Shown here in pieces: positions 45,962 to 54,698 of a stretch of 64,000 bases of DNA. The stretch is from the NCBI GenBank assembly GCA_965204725.1, contig OZ242005.1:3328001-3392000 (forward strand), given 5' to 3'. Below the pieces are notes generated by a model, which did no database searches, was not told the DNA's origin, and worked only from the letters and a program-made list of their open reading frames with translations. The DNA is from Candidatus Latescibacterota bacterium. GTDB taxonomy: Bacteria; Latescibacterota; UBA2968; UBA8231. Position 1 is the stretch's first letter; each line of letters opens with the position of its first letter. The position numbers and the translations under genes were made by a program.

Positions 45962-46657
45962 ATGGCCCTGTTAACCGATGAAGAATTACTAGAGACGTTT
46001 GAAACGCAATTGCCGGCCCTGATCAAACGGCACCCCGAGCTAGAGCCTCGCGTCTATACAGCGTTCATCGAAACGTTTGCCACCAAAAAGGAAGTGGCGG
46101 CAGTGCTTGCTGAATTGCATGCCTTCCGCGGCGAGTTTGGTCAGTTCCGCACGGAGGTCAACGAGCGCTTTGAAAAAATCGACGAACGCTTTGAAAAAAT
46201 CGACGAACGCTTTGAACAGATGAGCCAACAGATAGCCGATGTAAACCAACAGATCGCCTACATGAGCCAGCAGATCTCCCGTACAGACGCCAAGGTCGAT
46301 TTGACGGTCGGGGGGTTCCAGCGGCGGGCGGGAAGGAAGCTCGAAAACATGGTCGCCGAGGTGTTGCGCTTTGGCCTGAAGCGGCAAGATGTGTCCGCAG
46401 ACAACGTGCGGCTGCGACAGACGCTAGCGGATGTGGAGGGCGTGGTAGGCCCGGCGGGACGAACCTACGAGGTCGATATTCTGGTCGACAACAGCTCGCT
46501 GGTGGTCTTTGAGGTCAAATCGGCCGCCTGTAAGGTCGAAGAGATCGATCGGTTTGCCGACAAGGTGGCGTTGGTGCGGCGGCAGCATCCCGACAAAGCG
46601 GTCGAGGGGGCCCTCATCAGCTTAACCGGCCGATACCGTGAAAGCGCGGTGTGCTGA
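45962..46657 (+). CDS. Coiled-coil + PD-(D/E)XK nuclease-like protein
   Basis: AAGGAGG RBS; FATKKEV, then heptads ERFEKID x2-3 and MSQQIA; YEVDILV...VFEVKS catalytic motif; C-terminus looks abrupt. Confidence 0.78.
   Translation: MALLTDEELLETFETQLPALIKRHPELEPRVYTAFIETFATKKEVAAVLAELHAFRGEFGQFRTEVNERFEKIDERFEKIDERFEQMSQQIADVNQQIAYMSQQISRTDAKVDLTVGGFQRRAGRKLENMVAEVLRFGLKRQDVSADNVRLRQTLADVEGVVGPAGRTYEVDILVDNSSLVVFEVKSAACKVEEIDRFADKVALVRRQHPDKAVEGALISLTGRYRESAVC
46161..46278 (+). repeat. 21-bp tandem repeats encoding coiled-coil heptads
   Basis: ACGA(G/A)CGCTTTGAAAAAATCG x2 plus a variant third copy, then three ATGAGCCAACAGATAGCC-like units. Confidence 0.85.
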
Positions 46658-46691
46658 ATGGGGCATCCAAATCGTCTGAGCCGCAATTTCT

Positions 46692-48635
46692 TCACCGCAC
46701 CCCCACGTACACCACATTCCCCACCTCCCCGAGGCAAAAGTCGATCGCCATCCACGCGGCCGCCCCCATGAGTTGCCCGGCGATCAGCCCGGCGAAGAGC
46801 GGCTTGTACGTGCGGTAGCCGCGCGTACCGGCGAATTTGAATATCACGGCCTTGCACAACCAGCCCAAGAACACCGAAAACCACGCCACGCCCATGACCC
46901 AACTGTCGCTCACCGGCAGGCCGATGTAGTGTAGCGGCCACCACGAGAAGTGGTGCTGCATGTAAATCAGCGCGCCCATCAAGGCCGCGCCCACGCCCGT
47001 AAACAGCAGCCGCGGCCGGATGTGATCCCAGCCGACGGGATTGAGGATCTTGTCCTCCAAGAAGCGATAGGCCAGCGTCGGCACCCCGAACTGGCGCAGG
47101 TTGATCCCACCGTGCGTGTAGTTCAAATAGAGGGTGATCCAAAAGGCCCCCATCAGGCCGACGACAACTGCGATGACCAACCCCCAAAACAGACGCCGGT
47201 GATGCGCTCCGTGCCCGTGCGCCAATTTGAGCGCATTGGCGGTGGAAGCCATGACCGTGGTGCGCATTTCAGCGGCCCAAGAATAGCTTAGGCTAATCGA
47301 CGTCAGCCCCTTCCACCCAATGGCGTCCGTACCCAAGGTATAGACCGCAAAGGGCTGCGGCAGCATGGTCGAAGAGGTAAATCCCACGCCGCCTTGGGCA
47401 ATGACTCGCGCAATGGCCAAGAAAATGGCAAAGGCCCCGCAGAAAAACACCACGGCCGCCACCACCGGCACCCCGCTCAACAGCAGCCAGCCGAGGAAAT
47501 AGGCCGCACAGGCGATCCACAGCCACACGGCCGCCCGATAGGAAAGAATCTCGTCGCCATCGTCGGCCTGCGCCCCGCGCCTGAACGCCGCGCGGAACAC
47601 TTGGCGCAAGTGGCCTCGTGCCGTCCACAAAATTGCCGCGACCAACACCAGCATCGCCCCCATCCCTTGGTGCGACAGGGCCACTGAAGAACCGGTGAGT
47701 GCCTCGTTGTGCCCTTTGATCTGAAAGCCGACGACGTTAAAAACCCCGGTCTGGCAGCGGCTCAACAGGTGGAAAAACCACACCGAGAAGGCCACGTTGA
47801 GGTTGAGGAAGTACGCCACGCCAATGATGGCGAAATTGACGAAGATGTGCAGCCGGACGCTATCACGGAACAGCATCAGCGGGTCGAACACCAGCCGGAC
47901 CTCAGGCACGTAAAAGAAGTAGTGGTTTAGCCCGTCTAGCAGTTGGATGGCAAAGGGCAGCGAAAACCCGACCCACATCAGCGGGTTGCGAAACAACGGC
48001 GGGAAAATGCCCTCGTCGTTGCCACGCACCATCTCCAAGGGCACCTGCGCCAGTGGGAAAACCAGCCGCTCCTGTTCGACCCAAGGCCGCCTGAAGACGA
48101 CCATGGTCGCAATCATCAGCAAGTAGATGGCCACCATCGCGCTGCCCCAAGCCGCCAGCGGCACCAGCCAAGCTCCCCACGGAATGCCCATCCCCTCGGG
48201 CAGCCCTTCGTAAAAGAAGCGTGCGGCCTCGGCTTCGTGCGGTGCCAGCCAAGAGGGAATGAGCGGTTGAATCAGCTCGGCCCAGCGGTTTTCTGGGGTG
48301 GCGTAGTAGAAGGGGCGGGTGAGGATGTGGCACAGATTGGTCACTAATCCCCACGTGGGAATGGCCGACGCCACGACCATCATGGCGTACACGACCACCA
48401 ACTCGCTCGTGCGCAAGGCTCGCGATTTGCACACCACCTTGAGCAAGGGGTTGACCAAGCCCACCAGCAGCAGAAAGACCATCATCGCGCCGGCCGCGAG
48501 GTAATCCGAGGTCAAGCCGGCGTTTTGCAGGACGAGTACTGAATAGGGACAGGCCAGATTCAAAAAGAGGGCCGCCCCCGCGCCCAATACGAGGGCGCGC
48601 CGCGTCACCTCCAAGCCAGTTCGCTCCTTGTGCAT
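46692..48635 (-). CDS. Polytopic membrane protein, DUF6785/DUF6784-type (putative transporter)
   Basis: ELVVVYAMM, PFYYATPENRW, WVEQERLVFPLAQVPL, WWPLHYIG, FAGLIAG; many TM segments; start reassigned to MHKERTG. Confidence 0.78.
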   Translation of the reverse strand: MHKERTGLEVTRRALVLGAGAALFLNLACPYSVLVLQNAGLTSDYLAAGAMMVFLLLVGLVNPLLKVVCKSRALRTSELVVVYAMMVVASAIPTWGLVTNLCHILTRPFYYATPENRWAELIQPLIPSWLAPHEAEAARFFYEGLPEGMGIPWGAWLVPLAAWGSAMVAIYLLMIATMVVFRRPWVEQERLVFPLAQVPLEMVRGNDEGIFPPLFRNPLMWVGFSLPFAIQLLDGLNHYFFYVPEVRLVFDPLMLFRDSVRLHIFVNFAIIGVAYFLNLNVAFSVWFFHLLSRCQTGVFNVVGFQIKGHNEALTGSSVALSHQGMGAMLVLVAAILWTARGHLRQVFRAAFRRGAQADDGDEILSYRAAVWLWIACAAYFLGWLLLSGVPVVAAVVFFCGAFAIFLAIARVIAQGGVGFTSSTMLPQPFAVYTLGTDAIGWKGLTSISLSYSWAAEMRTTVMASTANALKLAHGHGAHHRRLFWGLVIAVVVGLMGAFWITLYLNYTHGGINLRQFGVPTLAYRFLEDKILNPVGWDHIRPRLLFTGVGAALMGALIYMQHHFSWWPLHYIGLPVSDSWVMGVAWFSVFLGWLCKAVIFKFAGTRGYRTYKPLFAGLIAGQLMGAAAWMAIDFCLGEVGNVVYVGVR

Positions 48636-48703
48636 GGCCGGAAAATAGCCGCTGGCCTGTGCAGTGGCAAAAGCCGTCCCTCGCGTCGTCCTAACAATAT
48701 GGA

Positions 48704-49447
48704 CTAGAAGAAGGTGGCCGGGATGAACTTGCCGCCAGCGACGACGAACTGCCACTTGACGCTGTAGTAGAATCGGGTGCGGAAGGTACGGCCTTGAGCC
48801 GTGAGAAGGCTGAGCGTTTCTTCGATGGTGTCGATTTCGCCGCGCCGATTGGCATCGTCAAACAGAATGAGAAAATCCTCGCCGAGTTCCCTCTCGACCC
48901 ATTGGAGCATTCCCCAGCGAGAGTGCTTTGGGCTCGCCTGTGGGCCATCGACTAAGAGCAGATCGGGGGGAGTATCGAGTTCAGCATCGATGTTGTATGT
49001 CGAGATCCGTCGGCCTCGGACCACCCGCTCGACCAAGTTGGCACAGGTAATGTCGTACTGCACCTGTTGTTGAATGCGCTGTGCCCATTCTCGGTCGTGT
49101 TCCAACGTCGTAATCTCAATGGGCCGCAGTTGTTGCAGGGCGTCTAGTAGCAAGCTAGACTGACCGCAGCCGCACTCAACAACTCGCCTAACGGGAAGCT
49201 CGGTGACGGCGCGGAGCAACAGGTACAGGAGTGAGAAGCTAGCCGCACCGCCGGTGGCGTAGTAGCGGTTTTCTAGCCCCAAGCGGGTTAGCGCGTTGGC
49301 AAAAAGACGCTCGTACACCAATTCCTGTCCGTACATTGTAGCAGGATGCTGGATCGCCCGTGCGAGCGACAGGCAGGGAGGACCAAACCATTTGAACAAT
49401 CTCAGCCCCCATCTTCCGCCTGCGTCTATAGGTTTAAGGAGCTTCAT
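48704..49447 (-). CDS. Class I SAM-dependent methyltransferase
   Basis: VVECGCGQSS motif I, TLEHD, LLLVDGP, LFDDANR; start overlaps the GT4 stop. Confidence 0.8.
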   Translation of the reverse strand: MKLLKPIDAGGRWGLRLFKWFGPPCLSLARAIQHPATMYGQELVYERLFANALTRLGLENRYYATGGAASFSLLYLLLRAVTELPVRRVVECGCGQSSLLLDALQQLRPIEITTLEHDREWAQRIQQQVQYDITCANLVERVVRGRRISTYNIDAELDTPPDLLLVDGPQASPKHSRWGMLQWVERELGEDFLILFDDANRRGEIDTIEETLSLLTAQGRTFRTRFYYSVKWQFVVAGGKFIPATFF

Positions 49448-50594
49448 TGGCCAGACACTCCGGGCCGTTCCTGTCCTCGATATGCAACTGTTGCTGTAGT
49501 AGTTCGTCCACGGCCCTTACCGTACCATCTATCTGAAAGAGCGACTCGACTCGCGCCCGGCCGGCAGCACCGAGTGCCTCCATTCTCGTGGGGGTCCGCA
49601 ACATTTCGACGATGGCTGCGGCGCAGGCATCCTCATCGTTAGGGGGGACCAGAACGCCGGTAACATCCTGTTCAACGATCTCTGGTAGTGCTCCGTGGGC
49701 AAATGCCACCACTGGCTTGGCCATGGCCATGGCCTCTAGATTGACCAAGCCGAATGGCTCCGGGTCGCCGGGATGCACGAACAAATCCATGGCCATCAGC
49801 ACCTCTGCCACCTCATGCAACTGGCCCGTAAAGGTCACTTTGGCCGCAATTCCAAGTTCCTCTGCCCGACAGCGCAGTTTCATGGCGTATCCGTCATTGA
49901 CCCCGAAGGGATCTCCCCCGGCAACGACGAAGTAGGTATCGGGCGACTCGCGGAGGACCTTTGAGGCGATGCGGATAAATCGCTCTTGACCCTTCCACGG
50001 CCGCAGTCGCCCGAGCATACCGACAATTTGTGCTTCGGCCGGGAGGCCGAAACGCTGGCGGGCCGTGGCCGCCGACGAGGTGTTGTCCAGCGTCGTCAAG
50101 TCAATCCCATTGTGTATTACGCGGACGCGAGCAGAATTAGGCAACTGGTTTGCCGTTGCCGCGGAATTGGCAATCACTGCCGCGGCGCAGCGGCTGACCA
50201 ACTGCTTCAGTGGGCGGTCCATCCACGTGTCGGCTTCGGTAAAAGAGAAGTCGCGCGTATGCCATATAAACGGGCGGCCGCTCAACAGCCCGGCCGGCGC
50301 AGCATACAAGGCGCCTCTAGCCGTGTTGGCATAGATGATATCCGCCTCGATACCACGGGCAAGCGCGTATATAGTCCGCAACCAAGCTAAGAGGGGTAAG
50401 CGGCGCAGACTCGGCATTTCTACCAAGTGTAAAGGGATACCTCGAGCCTCGGCTTGACGCGATAGTTCGCCAGGACAACAGGCCAGATGCAGCGACCATC
50501 TGCTTCGGTCCAGACCATCAAGTAGCATTAAAAGGCTCTTCTCCGCCCCACCAATAGCCGTTGCATGATCTACGAACAGAATGGTCGGCAACAT
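49434..50594 (-). CDS. Glycosyltransferase family 4
   Basis: GGAEKSL, VIHNGID, GRLRPWKGQ, EPFGLVNLEAMAMAKPVV (EX7E motif). Confidence 0.93.
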   Translation of the reverse strand: MLPTILFVDHATAIGGAEKSLLMLLDGLDRSRWSLHLACCPGELSRQAEARGIPLHLVEMPSLRRLPLLAWLRTIYALARGIEADIIYANTARGALYAAPAGLLSGRPFIWHTRDFSFTEADTWMDRPLKQLVSRCAAAVIANSAATANQLPNSARVRVIHNGIDLTTLDNTSSAATARQRFGLPAEAQIVGMLGRLRPWKGQERFIRIASKVLRESPDTYFVVAGGDPFGVNDGYAMKLRCRAEELGIAAKVTFTGQLHEVAEVLMAMDLFVHPGDPEPFGLVNLEAMAMAKPVVAFAHGALPEIVEQDVTGVLVPPNDEDACAAAIVEMLRTPTRMEALGAAGRARVESLFQIDGTVRAVDELLQQQLHIEDRNGPECLANEAP

Positions 50595-50815
50595 GATACC
50601 GCGTACTGGGTTTGAGTTTTGCAATAGGACGGAACGCCCAAGGTAAACAGAGACAGGAGATGTACCAACTTATACCTTAAATTTTGGCCCGAAAAAGGAA
50701 TAACAACAAAGCGGAGCGAGCAATAGGATCGCAACTTGACCGCAGATCGAATGCGGCTATTTTGTCCGATCCCCGTGGCGCGGCCCTGCTGTTCTCGGAA
50801 AGGAAGGATTTGCCG

Positions 50816-52819
50816 ATGAAAACTCTCAGCCCATTGTTGTCCCTATCCTTAGCAGTTCTGCTCGCAGCCTGTGACGACCCTAGCCCGGTGAGCACCAACC
50901 AGCCACAAGCGAGTTGGCGCGTCACAACCGTTGATCACGGCCCCGTTGCCTCGGCGCAGGTGGTCCTCTTCGACTTAGCGAACCTGCGTCAGGGGCCGAG
51001 CCAGACCGTGCAGACAGATGCCAATGGCTACTTCGCGCTAGCCTATCGTCCGGGTCGATCCTATGGCTTATCCGTCTATGGCGACGGGCTGGCCACGCAT
51101 ATAATCCCCTCTTTTGAGCCTAGTGATGTGGGCGTCATAACGATGCACAAGGCGACACCGCCCCCAAGTGCGAAGGTGCTGACGGGCGCAGACATAGTAG
51201 GAGATGTCGATGGCAACGGCGTCGTTGACCAGCAAGATCTTATCTGGATTGCCCTGTATGCCCTCGACGCCCCGGCGGGCTCGCCCGACACCAGCGACAT
51301 CCTGCTCGGCGATATCGATGCAGACGGAGTGATCACGTTCCACGACGCGTATCTCGTGTGGCTGTATCTCAACGATCCAGCGCACTCGTTGCTGCCTCCG
51401 GGGATAGGCCAGCCGCCTTCGCTGCTGACGCCGTCTCCGACGACCATAGCGTTCGCGCCCAACGGGGCGTGGCATTCCTTCATCGTCCACGCTGACACGC
51501 CGGTAGTCATCGTCGCCAATCCCGCTGGTTCTGACCCCATCTTTGCGGTCGCCAACACGGCGGATCGGGATGATTGGTGCCCGGCCGAGGCTAGAGACGA
51601 AGAGGCCCGGCAGCCCGGTCAACGCATTCACTTAGCGGCCTGCGGTATGGGTACGGGCACGGTGGAGGTGCGCAACGCCGCGGACGGTTCGGTCGTGCAG
51701 ACTTATACTATAGAGGTTGCTCCGCCCGCGGAGCCGCCGCGCCTTTCTATATTGCCTCCTACACTCGACTTTGGCCGCACTAAGACTAGCCAGCGGCTGT
51801 CGCTGAAAAACATTGGCGGCGGCCTGCTCAACTTCACCATTGAATCTGTCCCCGACTGGATAACCCTGAGCCAGACCCAAGGCATCTTAGCCGACGAGTC
51901 CCTGAGTATAGAAGTGCAGATTGATCGAGAGTCTGCCCCCTTTTTGGCCAACCCTGTCTTGGTGGTCACCACCAGCGACGACCGCCGTGAAGTGCCCCTA
52001 CAGGTCAATATCTCAGCTATCATCACCCAACTCACGGACCATCCCGCCGAAGACGTGGTCGCTTCTTGGTCGCCGGATGGACGCCACATTGCCTTTACTT
52101 CGGCACGCGACGGCAACAAGCAGGTGTATGTAATGGATGGCATCGGGCGCAACATTACCCGCCTTACCTACCACGACGCCGAAAGCTATGAACCGGCTTC
52201 ATGGTCGCTGGATGGACGCCGCATCGCCTTCTCGTCTTGGCGCGACGGCAACAGCGAGGTGTATGTGATGGACGCCGACGGGCATAATCCCACCCGCCTC
52301 ACCTATCACGGTGCCGAAGACACGGACCCAACTTGGTCGCCAGACGGACGCCGCATGGCCTTCACCTCCTTCCGCGAAGGCAATAGTGATGTGTATGTAA
52401 TGGACGCCGACGGGCACAACATCACCCGGCTCACCTATCACGACGCCGGCGATTGGGACCCAACTTGGTCGCCAGACGGACGCCGCATGGCCTTCACGTC
52501 CTCCCGCGAAGGCAATTATGAGTTGTATGTGATGGACACCGACGGACATAATCTCACCCGCCTCACCTACCACGCCGCGGACGACCGACATCCTTCTTGG
52601 TCGCCGGATAGCCGCCGCATCGCTTTCTCGTCTAAACGCGACAACAACTGGGAATTGTATGTGATAGATGCCGATGGGCACAACCTCGTCCGCCTCACCG
52701 ACCACCCCCGCCAAGACTGGTCGCCGGATTGGTCGCCGGATGGGAAATACCTCGCGTTCTCGTCGTTCCGCGAGGGCAATTGGAATGTCTATCTGCTAAC
52801 GCTTCCGCGTCGAATGTAA
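50816..52819 (+). CDS. Lipoprotein with dockerin-like Ca-binding pair, Ig/BACON-like domains and C-terminal PD40/TolB propeller
   Basis: Lipobox VLLAAC; GDVDGNGVVDQQDL and GDIDADGVITFHDA; LDFG..L.LKNIGGG..PDWITLS; six WSPDG blades. Confidence 0.85.
   Translation: MKTLSPLLSLSLAVLLAACDDPSPVSTNQPQASWRVTTVDHGPVASAQVVLFDLANLRQGPSQTVQTDANGYFALAYRPGRSYGLSVYGDGLATHIIPSFEPSDVGVITMHKATPPPSAKVLTGADIVGDVDGNGVVDQQDLIWIALYALDAPAGSPDTSDILLGDIDADGVITFHDAYLVWLYLNDPAHSLLPPGIGQPPSLLTPSPTTIAFAPNGAWHSFIVHADTPVVIVANPAGSDPIFAVANTADRDDWCPAEARDEEARQPGQRIHLAACGMGTGTVEVRNAADGSVVQTYTIEVAPPAEPPRLSILPPTLDFGRTKTSQRLSLKNIGGGLLNFTIESVPDWITLSQTQGILADESLSIEVQIDRESAPFLANPVLVVTTSDDRREVPLQVNISAIITQLTDHPAEDVVASWSPDGRHIAFTSARDGNKQVYVMDGIGRNITRLTYHDAESYEPASWSLDGRRIAFSSWRDGNSEVYVMDADGHNPTRLTYHGAEDTDPTWSPDGRRMAFTSFREGNSDVYVMDADGHNITRLTYHDAGDWDPTWSPDGRRMAFTSSREGNYELYVMDTDGHNLTRLTYHAADDRHPSWSPDSRRIAFSSKRDNNWELYVIDADGHNLVRLTDHPRQDWSPDWSPDGKYLAFSSFREGNWNVYLLTLPRRM
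52022..52795 (+). repeat. Six ~132-bp internal repeats (44-aa PD40 blades)
   Basis: CCG(C/G)CT(C/T)ACCTA(C/T)CACG-like segments recur near 52159, 52294, 52426, 52558 and 52690 with high DNA identity. Confidence 0.85.
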
Positions 52820-52870
52820 GGGCCAAATTTGCTCATTTGCGCGGCCCCAACTCGCCGTTGGGTGCGGTGT

Positions 52871-52899
52871 TTGACCCGCTCTATGGGGTCGTCTATTAT
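52871..52899 (+). promoter_or_regulatory. Sigma70-type promoter
   Basis: TTGACC-17 nt-TATTAT about 100 nt upstream of the GTG at 52999. Confidence 0.6.
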
Positions 52900-52998
52900 T
52901 TCGCCATCATGCAGAACCTCTATTGGCTGGCTATCGTCTCAATAGTGGTCCGGCAAAAAAGCAACTTGACGTGCAACGAGAAACAAGGAGGCCCCTAA

Positions 52999-53949
52999 GT
53001 GGACGCCATTGCAGCCATCGGCGGCAGCCGGCCCCTCAAAGCCGAGGAGTTCGCCCGCCGCGCTTACAATTATGCCCGCAATCCCGCTCGCAACTCGCTC
53101 AAGGAAATCCTCGATCAGTGCGCGTCGGTAGCCGTAACCCCACCCCTGCTGGGCGGCTTCAACGACGTGCCGTGGCACAAGCTGCGCGACGCCGAGGTCC
53201 ACGCCTGGGCCAAGGCCGGCTGGTCGTGGATGGTCAACGACGCCGAGCACAGCCAGTGGGAAGGCTGGTACGGCCGCGAGCAAAACGCCGTCCTGTCGCG
53301 CCACGGCATCTTGCCGGTGCAGCGCCTAGCGCGCGAAGCCCGCTCCGAACACGGCGACGCCTTTCAGCTCGGGGCCCGGGCGACGATGCGCCCCTATGGC
53401 ACCACCTACGAGGAAGCCGAGCGCTATTTCCGCGCCATCAACTTCCCCGTCCCCGGCCAAGCCACCCCGGACGACCGCGGCGGGTATCCGGTGCGCGACG
53501 GCGAGCGGACCATGATGTTCACGCCCGACCAATTGCGCGGCACCGAGACCGAAACCCAAGGCTGGATTCAGTTCGAGACCAAGGAATACATCATGGACTT
53601 GGCGATCCGCGACCGCGTCCTCGACCTGATGGCGGCCCAAGGGCAGAACAAGGCATGTGGCTTTGTCGGCCCGTTTGACGCCATCCTGCGCGAGGGCGAC
53701 CTCCCCGCAGTCAACGACGCGGTCAACGCCCTGTTCCGCGCCGCGGCCGAGCGCGGCATCCACACTGGCCGCGTCGTCGGGCACGGTGCCATGGAAGACC
53801 CCCAAGACATTGAAGACGGCATGGTCGAGGCCATCGACAACGGCGCCCGCCTGATCTGCGTCCATCCCCTCACCAGCGACATGGTCTTTCGCGGGGCCTA
53901 CGCCATGGCCGAGCCTTTCTTCCGCGCCTGCAAGCGCTGCGGCTTTTGA
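52999..53949 (+). CDS. Divergent HpcH/HpaI aldolase/citrate-lyase-family protein
   Basis: WMVNDAEHS (DxEH), IQFETKE (QxET), FVGPFD (GPxD); AAGGAGG RBS. Confidence 0.72.
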   Translation: MDAIAAIGGSRPLKAEEFARRAYNYARNPARNSLKEILDQCASVAVTPPLLGGFNDVPWHKLRDAEVHAWAKAGWSWMVNDAEHSQWEGWYGREQNAVLSRHGILPVQRLAREARSEHGDAFQLGARATMRPYGTTYEEAERYFRAINFPVPGQATPDDRGGYPVRDGERTMMFTPDQLRGTETETQGWIQFETKEYIMDLAIRDRVLDLMAAQGQNKACGFVGPFDAILREGDLPAVNDAVNALFRAAAERGIHTGRVVGHGAMEDPQDIEDGMVEAIDNGARLICVHPLTSDMVFRGAYAMAEPFFRACKRCGF

Positions 53950-53981
53950 ACACCCCTCCCCCTCACATCTTAGGAGTTCTC

Positions 53982-54695
53982 ATGCACCTGCTTTGCGTAC
54001 TGATCGGCATGGTCGCACTCGTGGGCACTGCCGTCCACACCCAACCCCTCAGCTACGACCCTTACTACGTCCTGCCGGGCGGCAAAGGCTACGCGAGCGT
54101 CGATATGGGAGTGCATACGAAGGCTTCTCCGTCCGCGCTCAAAGAGCTCAAGGACGCGAGCGCCATCTTCGCCATGGCCAAATTCAATCCCCACACTCGC
54201 TTTGAAGCGGGCGCCCATCTCACCTTTGGCTTTTTTAAGGACGGGCGTTCCAACTTTTCGTCGCTCGTGGTTGGCGGCAAGTACCAGCTCGGCTCCAACC
54301 GCGCCGCGACCGCTAGCATCGCGCTGCCGGCTGGCGACATTTCCGACCCGGGGCTGGCCGTTGGCCTCATGCAGACCGTGCCTCTGGGCCAGACCTTCCG
54401 CCTCAACACTCGGTTGCAGGTCGCGGCGCTCAAAGGCTACGCCGACGAAGGGCTCGTCGGCGAGCTTTTGCTCGAACCAGCCCAAGTATTCAGCGAAAGA
54501 CTAAGCGCGTACCTCGACTTATTCTTTACGTCCAACACCTCCGACTGGGAGGAAAAGCTCAGCATCCGCTTAGAGCCGAACCTCGACATCGGCCTCGGCG
54601 ATGGCATGGTTCTGAACGTAGGGGTCAGCGTAGATTTGCAGGGCGAAGAACGAGAGGACAGCGGGTTGTTTATAGTGCTCTTGCGCGACATGTAG
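53982..54695 (+). CDS. Small exported protein, probable outer-membrane beta-barrel
   Basis: AGGAG RBS; signal peptide; alternating hydrophobic strands throughout. Confidence 0.6.
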   Translation: MHLLCVLIGMVALVGTAVHTQPLSYDPYYVLPGGKGYASVDMGVHTKASPSALKELKDASAIFAMAKFNPHTRFEAGAHLTFGFFKDGRSNFSSLVVGGKYQLGSNRAATASIALPAGDISDPGLAVGLMQTVPLGQTFRLNTRLQVAALKGYADEGLVGELLLEPAQVFSERLSAYLDLFFTSNTSDWEEKLSIRLEPNLDIGLGDGMVLNVGVSVDLQGEEREDSGLFIVLLRDM

Positions 54696-54698
54696 GGG

